In this document: positions 1 through 12,790 of the stretch, piece by piece
How positions within the stretch are numbered: position 1 is the stretch's first letter
Layout of the letters: every line of letters starts with the position of its first letter
Assembly (NCBI RefSeq): GCF_009914755.1
Contig: NC_060930.1
Length of the DNA stretch: 64,000 bases
Origin: the human T2T-CHM13v2.0 reference genome, Homo sapiens
Reading direction: 5' to 3' (one strand)
Translations under genes and position numbers: made by a program
Notes under the pieces: generated by a model
The model's input: the letters and a program-made list of their open reading frames with translations, nothing else
Database searches by the model: none
Told to the model about the DNA's origin: nothing

Positions 1-260
1 GAAAATATTGTAGCAAATAAAAACTTTCACAAGTCTCACAGCTAATACAAAGGCATTTCCAGGTAACAACACACAAGTGGGGGCCAGTGGTGTCCATTCA
101 TACCTGAAACAGCAGTCGAGAGACCTAGAACCTCAGCCTGAAACACCTTGGGCAGATCACAGCAATCACTCCTTTGTGCTTCTGAGTTTTCAGTCTTGAA
201 TCCAGAGAGCAATACCAATACCTACCCACCTGACCCAGAAGCACAAAGACTGCTACTCAC

Positions 261-403
261 GTGTGTATACTGATCTAGCCGATAGCCCTTCTGGGCAGCC
301 GGGGGAGTAAGGACAAGGTGTCGAGGCTGACGGAGGCTGAACCTGCCACAGAAGGGCTCCGTCCCACTGGTGAGGTCCCCATCAGAGTTGGAAACTTCTG
401 GGC
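261..403 (-). CDS. PKHD1: PKHD1 exon 19 (143 nt; last exon in window)
   Basis: cag|GC...CAC|gtgagt; translates (G)[47 protein letters not shown], matching fibrocystin. Confidence 0.95.
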
Positions 404-649
404 CTGGATGCAGTTCAGATAAAATAGAAAGGCAGGCATAGATATTAAAAAAGACAGAGCTTCCCTACATGTGTGCATGAGGATTTTAGAGTATCTCACT
501 TAAGAAAACCCCCGTTCTAACCCAATTACCCATGCAACCTTGAGTAAGTAACTCAACCTCTCTGAGCCTCAGTTCCTCAACTCTAACTCCCCCAGCATCC
601 TTGGTTTCTAACTCAGGGACAAAGTTGTTGGCACAAGAAGACTTTAGAG

Positions 650-725
650 CAGGAGTTTTCAACCTCAGCACTATTAATATTTTAGGGGCTGGATAATTCT
701 TTGTTGTAGGGGCTGTCCTGTTCAC
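650..725 (-). mobile_element. MER20 fragment (hAT DNA transposon)
   Basis: ttttcaacctcagcactattaatattttaggggctggataattctttgttgtaggggctgtcctg resembles one end of the copy at 8259. Confidence 0.65.
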
Positions 726-1371
726 CATGATATGGGCCCCTCAGCCCTGGGAGGAATGGCCACAGCATGAGTGGTCAGCACCCCTGGCTTGAAAGCTCCA
801 GCTATAAGAAACTCATTCTGTGTTCCCTGGAGCCTTGAAAACCCTTTAGCATTTTCTCTGTGTAGCAGGATACGGAAAACTATTGAGAAGCAAAAAGACA
901 AGGAATATCAAGATGGAAGAGGTGTTCAAAAATAACTAGAATTTAGTTCGCCTTAGTAGTAGTTTTAAAAACATACCCTAACATTTTAAGAATTTCTTAA
1001 GACTACTTTCTTAAGTAGTAATTCCTTTAGATGTAATCTGAAGATTAGCATGGTTTTGGCTATGTTTGCATGTTTCTCACCTATGTCTTTGACCTTTTCC
1101 CACCGTGTGGCATGGGGAGTATAGGAGGGTGCTGCACTCTACCTAACAGCCCAGGAGGAATGCCTTTCCTTTCTATTGACACCCACCGAGCATCAACCTC
1201 CCAAGCACAGTGCAGTGCCAGTCCCTCAGCCACTCAGTGTCCAAATCCAGGTTTCATATTTTTTTTTTACTCTGTTATCACCTTGGAGAGGAAATGGGGA
1301 TTGTTCTCATTTTATAGAAAGAAAGAAGACCATGATGAAAAAGACAATCAGAATGAAGCCACGGACAGCAC

Positions 1372-1462
1372 CTCGTTCAAATCCAAGCCGGAGAAGGATG
1401 TTAGACCAAAGGGGTTCCAGTTTGCATTTTACTGCAAGTAACTCCTCAATGGTTGTTTGAAT
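1372..1462 (-). CDS. PKHD1: PKHD1 exon 18 (91 nt)
   Basis: tag|ATT...CGAG|gtgctg; [30 protein letters not shown](G). Confidence 0.95.
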
Positions 1463-1563
1463 CTATTACAAAGGAAAAAAATGCCAGGAATTTATATCAT
1501 GAGCATAAAGACCACCCCCAGTTCTCCCACTCCCCTCCCTCATTTTTTGAAGAAGTCTCCCAC

Positions 1564-1653
1564 CAGATGGGCTGTGGCATTTGCAGGGATTGGCTGACTA
1601 GAGACATTGTCCCAAGTAAGGAAGAAGTTTCCTCTGCCTGATACATTCAGCAC
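1564..1653 (-). CDS. PKHD1: PKHD1 exon 17 (90 nt)
   Basis: tag|GTG...CTG|gtggga; [30 protein letters not shown]. Confidence 0.95.
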
Positions 1654-2098
1654 CTAAAAAAGTCAAGACAGACAAGACTAAATGATGGTGCTAATTAAGC
1701 CAGAGAGACAATCTAAGAACACAGGACATTCCTCCTCAACTTGCTATTTCCTTTTTATTATAATTTTAACTTTTCAATGCTTTAACATTCAGAAATCTCT
1801 GAGGAACACAGCATCATTGCCTAATGAGAACTTTTGTTGGACTAACAGAGATGTCAGTCTTCCTATTTATCTGTGCCCCTTGATTGAGAGTATGAGATGT
1901 AACAGTTGCCATTGAATGCTGCACTTTCAGCCCCTCTCACCAATTGCTTTCTCCCAAGGGTAGCCCAGCAGGCAGAAGCAGCTCCATGGCATGCACCCTC
2001 TCTTGGAGGCTTATGCAGTCTCTGCTTTGCTTCCAACACATCAACACATTCCCTGTAGGGCACATTATAGTTTTGCTACTGAGTAAGTTCTATGCAGC

Positions 2099-2387
<289 letters not shown>

Positions 2388-2996
2388 CAGCTTTTAATCT
2401 CTTAAATCAATTGTTACTTTCTACTTTGTTCTATGGTTATTTGTGCACATGTTTTACTTTTAGACTGTAAGCTTTAGAGGGCAGAGTTCATATTGATTTG
2501 TCTTTGTACACCAAAAAGTGAACAACAAAAACTATAACACATAAAAACTCTTCAAAGAAAATATGGGGCACAGCTGAGAGACCCAAAGGACATGACCTTT
2601 TCAAAGTAGACTTAGAAAACACAGGCTATAGGGAAATAGGACCTCAATCAGTCAAAAATTATGGAATTTAATGTGTATATGCTCACATGCATGCACGCAT
2701 ACATGTCGGGCGTGTGTTTAGAGGACCTTGTCTCTTTTCTGGGAAATAAGTTTCTAAAAGAAGACTTGCTTGGAACTTAAATTCCTAAAACTAACTCAAT
2801 GAGTAAGATAATCTCAGGAATAAGACATCACATTTTTGTAAACATCTTCACAATGCTGTTAAAGAGATATCCTATTTCTTTGACAGCAAGGTTATAATGA
2901 CCCCTCAGGTCGCCAGACTCCCAGTCAGTGCTCCTGCTACATGGGACTTTATTCCTTCCAGAGTTCAGCTCCATGGGACTGGAAAGAGACACAGAC

Positions 2997-3275
2997 CTGT
3001 ACTTCTGGAAGCCTCTGGGCTCGGACTCGGATCTGGTGCTTCTCCCGTAGGTAAGTGGTGACCACATCAGGATTCAGCCAGGTGTTGTGAATCTGGACAC
3101 CAATCCTCATCCCCCTGCTTGGGGCTATCCCATGATGCTCTGCTTCCAGGTAGTACATGGCTCCACCCAACAGCTCCAACTTGGGAGTCTTCTGCTGCCA
3201 GGTCCCTTCATCCCTATTCTGCTCCCAGGAGTCAAACCAGTCAGCAGTGCCGACGCTGATGGAGGCCACTTTCAC
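2997..3275 (-). CDS. PKHD1: PKHD1 exon 16 (279 nt; PA14-like region)
   Basis: tag|GTG...CAG|gtctgt; ORF 2949..3275 gives [17 protein letters not shown]...RAQRLPEVQ. Confidence 0.97.
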
Positions 3276-3445
3276 CTATGCCCAAATAAGCATATCATGA
3301 TCAATACTATGCAGCTTCCAGGCATCTCTTTCTCAAACACTAAGTGTCTGAACTGCTACTATCAAGAGAGTTTTGAACTGGTCTGCCTTTTTAACATATT
3401 AACCCAGTTACCTCAGCCCTGTGGTTATTTATGCTTCTCCAGCTC

Positions 3446-3480
<35 letters not shown>
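3446..3480. repeat. (CTAT)n microsatellite
   Basis: about 8 TCTA units. Confidence 0.9.
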
Positions 3481-3908
3481 CTTACAATTGAGTAGTACTC
3501 AAATGAGAATAGATGGGCCATGTTCAGAGAAGGAACAACCAACCTAAACCCTAGGATTACATGACACTATGGAGAAGGTAGTATTAAGCCCTTCAGAGAC
3601 CTCGAATGACTTGATCACATCAAAATCTATGACATTTCTCCAATAAACTAGCAAATCAATTTCAGACATACATAGTAATAATTTGAGGAAAATATTGTGA
3701 TTCTTTGTCAATAGCATAAGTGCATTTTGGCTGCTGTTAAAGGCATCTTTTCTTATCCTTCAATGTTGTTGAGGAATTCCTACATACAGCTGCCTACATC
3801 TCCACCCAAAATTAGTGGAAAAGGCACAAGTTTTGTAGTCAGGTAAATTTGGGGTTGAATCCTCAATGTGCCTTTTGCTATCCAAGTGGATTGGGCACAC
3901 AATCTTTC

Positions 3909-4219
3909 TTTTTTTTCTTTTTCTTTTTCTTTTTTTTTTTTTTTTTTTTTTTTTGAGACAAGGTCTCACTCTGTTGCCCAGACTGGAGTGCAGTGGCAGC
4001 CACGACTGCCCAAGGCTCAGGTGATCCTCCTGCCTCAGCCCCTCAAGTAGTTGGGACTATAGGCATGCGCCACCATGCCTGGCTAATTTTTGTATTTTTA
4101 ATAGAGACAGGGTTTTATCATGTTGCCCAGGCTGGTCTCAAACTCCTGGGCTCAAGTGATCTGCCTGCCTCAGCCTCCCAAAGCACTAGGATTACAGGAA
4201 TGAGCCACCACACCTGGCC
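3909..4219 (-). mobile_element. AluJ-like, intron 15, inserted in a MIR
   Basis: T-rich tail, Alu dimer, TSD cacacaatctttc on both sides. Confidence 0.9.
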
Positions 4220-4598
4220 CACACAATCTTTCCAAGCCTCAATTTCTTCATGTGGAAAAGATACATACATATATCTTTATGTATATATGTGTATATACAC
4301 ACAAACACATACATAATATATATACATATATACATACATACATACATTTTGCAGAGATGCAGTGAAAACTAGAGACAAGGTCTATAAAAGATGTAGCATA
4401 ATATTTGGCTTACAGTAAATGCTCAATAAATAGTACGTTCACATTCAAACAAGTTCTTTTTCAACAATTAAAGTTCCTGATCATCCAATGGCATGTTAAA
4501 CTATCTGTAAAACATGAGAGCCTTAACTTTGATTCTTTCTTTCTTCATGGGTATGGGACTGGCAACAGAGAAAAGGAAAATGAGAAGACAGTGAATAC

Positions 4599-4713
4599 CT
4601 TAGTCCTTGGTTCCTCTGACCAACTGAAATGCAAGGAAGCTTGGCTGTCTGCCTGAATCCAGAAAGTGTAATTATTTGTCTCTGGAGCCACAAAGAACCC
4701 ACTGAGCCGTGCT
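4599..4713 (-). CDS. PKHD1: PKHD1 exon 15 (115 nt)
   Basis: cag|A...AAG|gtattc; [38 protein letters not shown]. Confidence 0.95.
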
Positions 4714-5852
4714 CTGTAAAGTAGAACATAGAGTCAAGCAAGAGTAACCAAGGCCTGAATCACTGAACCAACAAATGACTGCCCTTGTACTTTGTCTTCT
4801 TTTATGGTAATAAAGAAGAACAACCTGATTCTTATGCCACACAATTGTCCAGAATATTCTAGAAAGAGATATAGCACCTGCCTAGTCTCAGTAGCCCAAT
4901 ACATCTCTACACTGGACACAAATACCCTTGCTGTTGTGTCATGTTTGGGAAAGTTGTAGCCACAGCACACAGCTATACGGAAGCTTAGCTGACAAAACCA
5001 CCTAACACAGCTATTGCAAGCCCTGGATCATGGTAGAAGCTCAATCTATAGTAAATACTATTCTTATTATTAGAAATAAAGACAGATTGCTTATGAGAAT
5101 TTGCTCTGAGCTTACCAGCTACCTCAACACCTGCAGAGAGCATTTTTCTAATTAAAAATATTATGATCCACAGATAAGCGTCAATTCAAAATGTCAACAA
5201 TTTCAAATTAAAACCCATCAAATGCAACTTTGAAGAAGATTACAGGCAATTTCATAAAACATTTTTTAAAAGATAATATTTTTAATATTTAAATTCCAGC
5301 AACCTAATATTATAGGCAGATATAGTTAAAGAACTGATTAGACTCTGTAAATAAATACCAAGAATATTTTCTGATAATGCTATTTTCTTAAATCTTCAGA
5401 TGATCAATATAAAGATGTTTTTAAATTTTGCTTTAATGTACATACATTATCTTTATTTTTGAGATAATTTCATACCTAAAAATAGCTTCAAACATAACTA
5501 CTTTAAAAGTCCACAATATAATTATATTAACTTACCAATAAATGAATATTTTAATTTTTTAATTTAAAATTTTTAGATTTTAAAGAGATTAATGAGAGAG
5601 GGAATGGAAAATTAGTTACTACCTGGCTTGTGGTTCCTCAAAATGGCAGTTAAAGGGACATACCCTGCAACACTTACTATAGAAGTCAAAATGTTCTTTT
5701 GCCTTTTGGGGTAGGCTGACTCACTCCTTAACACTCCCAAATACACCAAATGCAGCTGAAAGATTTTCCTTTGAACATTATTAAATGGTCGTTAAAAACT
5801 ATGATAAATATGAATTATTAGGTGCTACAATGGACCACAAATTAACTGCCAC

Positions 5853-6139
5853 ATTTTTGTTTATTTGTTTCTTTGTTTAAAGACAGAGTCTCACTCTGTT
5901 GCCCAGGCTGGAGTGCAGTGGTGTGATCATGGCTCGCTGCAGCCCTAACTCCTGAGCTCAAACAATTCTCCACTTCAGCCTCTCAAATAGCTACAGGTGC
6001 ACACCATCACACCTGGCTAATTTTTTATTTTTTACGTTTTAGAGACAGGGCCTAGTCCCAAACTCCTAGACTCAGGCGATCCTCCTGTCTCAGCCTCCCA
6101 AGTAGATGGGATTACAGGCTCAAGCCATAGCATCCAGCC
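5853..6139 (-). mobile_element. AluJ-like, intron 14
   Basis: Alu dimer, TSD ttaactgccac on both sides. Confidence 0.88.
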
Positions 6140-6295
6140 TTAACTGCCACTTTAAAACCATAAACTCATGGTTAAGTACCTAGTAAGTAAGGCTTCAGGA
6201 GACACTTTCCTGCTCACAGATTACCAACCCTACTTGGCTTATTCAATGCCTAAAAATTCTCTAAGCTTTTCTTTACACAACTGAGTTGAAATCTA

Positions 6296-6375
6296 TTAGA
6301 TTGGTGCAAAAGTAATTGCGGTTTTTGCCATTACCTTCAACGGTAAAAACCGCAATTACTTTTGCACCAACCTAA
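6296..6375. mobile_element. MADE1 (Hsmar1-derived MITE), full 80 bp
   Basis: 37-bp TIRs (34/37 matched), 6-nt spacer, TA TSDs at 6294-6295 and 6376-6377. Confidence 0.95.
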
Positions 6376-7189
6376 TAAAATGGTAAAATATTTGGAGGAG
6401 GTCACAGACTGACTGAAATTCACACTCATGAGTCACAGTCATCCTCTCTAAGAAGGATTTCAAAGGGAAAAGAGATCCATCATTCAGTAAAGGATCCATC
6501 CTTCAACATATACACTGAGAACACACTAAGGAAACAGTGTGTCTAAGCAATTTTCAAGCTTTTATATTTTTAAGTTTACTTTAGAATACTAGAAATTTTG
6601 GCTACATCCTTGAAGGGACTAAAAAGACTAAAGGAATTACACACCATTAAACAGGAAAATTAGAATCATGATGCCATCACTACTACTGAAAACAATGTCT
6701 CACAGAACCCGCAAGAGCTTCCCCTACTATACAAGGGCCATTGGGTTGACCTTCAGCACTGGAAGGCTGTTCCTACAGCATGCTGCCTAGGCTTTGCTCC
6801 CTCATGTACCCAAAGGGCAAATTCTTGGATCTTTCTTTGGCATCAACCAGATGTTAGTTTTACCTCTTAACCAGGTACCTAAAGCATGTTTTACTCTGCT
6901 GTCTTTCCAGTCTCCTGGCCTGCTCAGCTCAATGTTCTAGTTGATAATCATCTCCAAAACAGATTGTAAACTAAGTTGTGGAAAATATACATATTACATA
7001 TTGATCAAAATTTGTCCCTGCACTAGCATGACCAACACTGATTGAGAATACTGTCAAACTCTGTTGTTGTTGAATTGGCTAGTGTTATAAATTCCTGGAA
7101 ATCTTGATACCTTCCTTATCTGTCTCCTAGCCTCACCTAGGTTAGCAAAGGTGCTTTTGATGTGGGCTCCCACTTTTCCTACAACATAC

Positions 7190-7331
7190 CTGAAAGGTTG
7201 TCCTTCCTGTGACCAAAACCCAAATGGAGAACTGGCATTAGGGACAATCTGCCACCTGTACCCTGGGGTGGCTTCAGTCAGTTCCAGTCCCTCAACAGCA
7301 TCTCCAACTTCAAAAAGAAGCCCTCGATTGC
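7190..7331 (-). CDS. PKHD1: PKHD1 exon 14 (142 nt)
   Basis: cag|GC...AG|gtatgt; [46 protein letters not shown] inside ORF 7054..7371. Confidence 0.96.
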
Positions 7332-8258
7332 CTGTAAGACATGTAGATCGCATAAACATTACAGGGCGCACCTTCCCAAATTGGGGAATTACTTTATTTT
7401 AAATTACAAGGTGAAAGATGACCCAGATGCTACCTGTAAAGGTAAGTCAACCTAGAGCCAGATAGAGTAGTTATATGAAAGGTTCTGTAGTTAATATGAA
7501 ATACAAATGTTCCGGAAAGTAATAAACATTCCATGGGTTAGGAGTTAGCCTTTTTTAGCAAGAGTTCCTAGAAAAGAGAATCAAGTCCTGGAGAAAATGT
7601 GAATTGAATGAGCAAACAGAAGCTGAGGCTGAGTAAAAGGAGGACAATGTGACTGTGTGCTGGTGACGTGGCTTGGCTTTGTGCTTCCCAAAGCCAGAAG
7701 TGGGCTTCAGTATCTTTTAAGTCCCAGTTCTGCTGTGAAATTCAATTCTCTAAAGTCTTTTTTCCCCATAACATTGGCAATCCTTAAGTTTCTCAAGTGT
7801 CATGGCCTCAATTTGTGGACCTGCACACAGAGCCAAATATGTGGCATGCTGCTATTATGTGACATTTTAAATGATATTGTATTAATTTATATTTTGTGTT
7901 AAGCAAACCCTGAGGCCAAAGGCACAGGTGCAATCAATATTGAATGCTAACTTGGGCTGAAGGCAAAACTCTGGAATCCCAGCTAGACGTGTAGCTTTGA
8001 GCAAATTCCTTGATGTCCTTGCATCTTCATTTTCTCATGCATCAAAATGGGACCAATAATAAAATAGCAATAATACACTAGGACCAAGGGAAAATATATA
8101 CTCAAAGAGCCTGGAATACAGTAAGTGCTCAATAAAGGTAATTATGGTAATTATTATTTTAAACTAATACTGTTGTTCCTCAACAACTCCTAAAAGGGAG
8201 AGGTGGATAAGGAATAAACAGAAAAGTAAGAGCATATTTTGAAAATATTACTTTAAAC

Positions 8259-8480
8259 CAGGGTTTCTCCACCCCAGCACTATTGATATTTTAGGCTGGG
8301 TAACTGTTGTGAGGGGGTGTCCTATGCATTGCACAATGTCTAGCAGCCTTCCCAGCCTCAGCCCACTAGATGTCAGTATCATCACCACCACCACCACTTC
8401 CGGTCTAACAGCCAAACATGTTTCTACACATTGCTACGTGTCCCCCGAGGGGCAACATTGCCCCTGGTTGAGAACAATTG
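8259..8480 (-). mobile_element. MER20 (hAT-Charlie), near full length
   Basis: cagggtttctc...ctggttgagaacaattg termini, about 220 bp. Confidence 0.8.
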
Positions 8481-9625
8481 GTTTCCATAGTAATTCGCCC
8501 AGCTTCTGTGGAAGAAACTTCAAAAGCCCTTCATAAAGGACAACACTAACTGTCAAACCAGCTGCATTCAGGAAATTATCCTACCACTACCCAAGTAGCT
8601 AAAGCAGGAAATACTGAAAAAGGGAGCAGACTCTCTATTTCCTGACAGGAAACACACATTATCTTGATTACTTGTTTCAGTAGTTTTGTTTCCTTGGATG
8701 GAAGCTTTCCCTGAGTAAAAACTGCAGATCTGGGAGCTGGAGAATTCTCAAGCCAAAACTTTGCATGCATTTTCACACCTGAATGCCCTTTCTTTAGAAA
8801 GGTTTCTTCCCCTGCTGGGCAACTTTCCTTGTAGGTGCTGTGCCTCTAGAGTTGACTCTCGCTGCCTGTAGTTTAACCATTAAGTCAGGCCCTTGGGCAC
8901 AGATGTGCAGCCTGTGGTTCTTGGCTGAGTAACATACCAACTGCCCTTCATCCCTGACTACACTTGAGCCTTCAGTTCTAATGCTCAGCAGAAAAGTGCT
9001 CCAGTATTGTGCTCTTAATTTGCTGCTGTAGGGTGGATGCTTTAAACAGAGAAGGACAGCTGGAAGCTCCCTTGCCTCCTCCATTTCTGCCCACTTCAGG
9101 CATAACCTGGTGGCAACATCACAATATATCCCTGTTTCTCAAAGCAGCAGACAGATGCCCACAAGAGAGAAAAATTCATATTTAAATGCATCCCATTGTG
9201 CCCTACTCTCCGACCTTGTCTAATGCTGTTGTTTTGAGCATAGCAGAGCACACTCTAACGCTCCTGTCTTCTTAGCCAGTGGACGTGCAACTGACCCATT
9301 GAATGAAGGCGGGCAGTTTGGGGGTTTCTTCCAGTAGCTATAACAATAGCTTGAGGGCAGTTATGCTTTCTAGACCATGGTCTCTTCTGGACGCCACTGG
9401 CCATACAGCTGGCTGGAGCTAGAAGTGCAATGTCACTAAGCACCTGAATAAAGCTAAGAGCCTTCCTGAAAGGAGAGCCTTGACAATGGTATCATGGACC
9501 CAGGGCTCACTGAGTAAGCCAGTCAAATAGATGAGAAAGAATTCAAACACTTTTATTTCTACTCGCCAGCCCATCATGATTAAAGATATTCAGAGTTTAT
9601 TGAACAGCCCTGGTGGCTTCCTTAC

Positions 9626-9721
9626 CTGGCTGAGGGGTGGTGAGCCTCACATCTTTTCCTGGAGCCCGAGTGGTGCACTCAATCTTCCTGGGAGACACGT
9701 GTCTAATATCACATGGAATGC
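9626..9721 (-). CDS. PKHD1: PKHD1 exon 13 (96 nt)
   Basis: tag|GC...G|gtaagg; [31 protein letters not shown]. Confidence 0.95.
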
Positions 9722-9743
9722 CTAAAGCGAATTAAAGAAATTT

Positions 9744-9800
9744 ATGTATGTGTGTGTGTGTAGGTATACATATATATGTATATGTGTGTGGGTATATGTA

Positions 9801-9882
<82 letters not shown>

Positions 9883-9888
9883 GAGAGA
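9744..9888. repeat. Compound (TG)n/(TA)n/(GA)n microsatellite
   Basis: directly visible; lies just 5' of the exon 13 acceptor. Confidence 0.95.
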
Positions 9889-10652
9889 GGCAGTCGGGAG
9901 ATGTGATGGCAAGACCAGACTGAAGTAGACAGGCTCCTATTCTAAGGCAAAGGGCTGGGTGTGGATGGAATAGCGAAAGTTGTCACCCCAATTGAAGGAG
10001 AAAAGAGAGAGTGCAGAGCAGCAGAGCATAGGGCAGCGTGGAGTATTCAGAAGGAAAGCCATGCAATGGAGTGCTCTTCATTGGGGACGTACTGAACCAC
10101 CTAACTGAGCATGGGAGGTAAGTGTGACATGACAGTGTGAGGACACCCTTGGTGTCACCAACTACAGAGGCATCCCACCTGCTACAGGACCTGGCAAAAC
10201 AAAAGGCTCTAGACAGGTCCATAAAAGGGTTTGCCAAGGTTGGGGTGCGGGGGATTTCCAGAGTAATCTGCATAGCAAATGCCCACCCACTCCTGCTTGT
10301 CTATATCAAGACAGCTAACAAGGGAGAGTGAAGAGAGGGGCTGTTTTTAGTAGAAGTAAACCTTTGTCAAGAAGGAGCTGTATTTCTTTCTTTCTCTTCA
10401 CTCACAAGATAGGGGCACCTGAGGGAATTGCCTATGCATTGTGAGTGTGTCTGCAGGACATTCCATTCCTGTGACCCATGTACTGTAGGACCAAAATCCC
10501 ACCTGGTCTCAACCAAACACATGACTTATCAAACATGATGAGTCAGAAGGGGCAAAGCTTGCTTCCTCCTGCATCCCTCATGCCATACAGACATATAATC
10601 TCCTAGAGCATCTAAAACTATGAACTATTTTCAGCCATTTCATCATAGTTAC

Positions 10653-10754
10653 CTGCAATGGTAACCTGGGCAGAATTGTCAAAAAAGTCTCCTGTAATTG
10701 TGATGTTTGTTCTTCCCCCAAGGCTCCCAGTTTCTGGAAACACAGATAATATTT
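10653..10754 (-). CDS. PKHD1: PKHD1 exon 12 (102 nt; IPT/TIG start)
   Basis: T15 tract then cag|AA...G|gtaact; [33 protein letters not shown]. Confidence 0.95.
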
Positions 10755-11297
10755 CTGCAAGAGTTAAAAAAAAAAAAAAAGTAAGCTTCCAAATATAGAC
10801 CAGAATATGACCTAGATAATAATATAATAATAGGAGATATTAATAATTTCTTACTTTAACTTTCTAAGTCCAGCAACAGTTGAATTTTTTTCTAGTAATA
10901 ACTATTTAAAAATGCACATAATAAGAAAAAGACCAGAAGTATATATTATCGAGGATCAATATTTGAAAGGAAGGGGAAATGTGGAATCATTCATGGTATC
11001 AGCAAAAGCCCCTAGTACCATGACATTTTCTCAGAAAATCTGTCTCCTGACCTCAAGGACAATATTGACAAGTCAGGGAACAGTAAGTTACAACACAAGG
11101 AGGAATCAACTTTGGGTACACTGGGAAAGGCTTCAGTTCACCCATATGAATCTGTAATTTGCTCTAAGCAGAAGAATGAATTTCACTGTCTTTAGGACCC
11201 TCCCACTCTTTCCCACACTGAATGCTCCTTCCCCACATGTACCTCACACCTCATACCCAGTTCTTTCATGCTGCTCCTGATTGTTTAAAATTGCCTA

Positions 11298-11616
<319 letters not shown>

Positions 11617-12079
11617 CTACAGTAATATGACACATAGTCCTCAGAATTTAGCTTTATCTCATTCTTTCCTCTCCTACGATCAAGCTTTGACATTTCTAAG
11701 ATTCATTCCCTCCAGAGAAAAGAGGAGTTGCATTTTGTGTAAACTGAAGGTACAAAAGCTAATGATGAATGGTTACCCCTGAAAAATAGACATTTTAGGA
11801 GGTTATTTTATAATGCTTTTTGCCCATGAGACAAAGCAGAGGAGACATATGGAGGCAAAGATTGATCCCTTACACTCAGATACCAAAATTCACCACTAAA
11901 CCATAATAACCCCCTGCTTTTAACCCACTATTTTATAATTTCTTTTTTTTTACACTAGCACTGGAATTTTGTATCAGCTTTACGTAGAGATTAACACATT
12001 CTTTTGTTATGCATTCAAAATTACACAGATCAAAAACAAAATTTATGAAGTTCTTAAACTTTTAACATAGTTGTAGATA

Positions 12080-12790
12080 TTTGATAATTTTTTTCAACAT
12101 TCACAGAGCACCTATTATATGGTACTAGGAATATAAAGATGAATACAAAATAGTTCCTGTCCTCGAGAAGATCAGCATGGTAAGGCAGGTATGCAAAACT
12201 ATCATTTAATACCTTGGGTCGGAGAAATTAGAGAGTATATGAAAGAATAGAGAACTTTGGGAGTAGGATGGGAGTATTGAGGTGTAGAAGAAAATGTTTA
12301 GAGATGACACTAATCTGAGTCTTAAAGGATGAATTAGAAGTGGCCTAGCGAAGAGGAGAAGGAGAGGGCATTTAAAGCAAAAGATAGCCTGAGTGTGGAC
12401 AGAAGAAATTGCACAGTGCATGTTAAGTGTGGCTGGAGTATGAGAGACAGAGATAAAGCTGGAGAAACAGACAAGGAGGAGGTCAGAAGTTTGCCCCATT
12501 TCCAGTAGGGGATAGCAAGCCATAAGAGGATGGTGAATAGGAAGGAACCATGCATCAGATATATGCTTGATGTAGAGAAAGCCAGGGAGGGGCTTGAAGG
12601 GGCAGAGGGCAAGTCAGGGCCTCTAGAAACCACTGCAGCATGTAACACAAGAGGTGATGGGGTCCAGAAATGGAGAGTTGCTGTACAGATACATCATAAA
12701 TAAGAGAGAAAACTGGCAGAAATTGGTGATTGAACAGATATGGAAAGGAGGAGGAAGGAGAAATTTTAGATGAATTCCAAGATTCTTGCT
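12080..12790 (+). mobile_element. L2 fragment (approximate)
   Basis: purine-rich degenerate L2-type motifs (agcacctattat, tgagtcttaaaggatgaattag). Confidence 0.55.
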
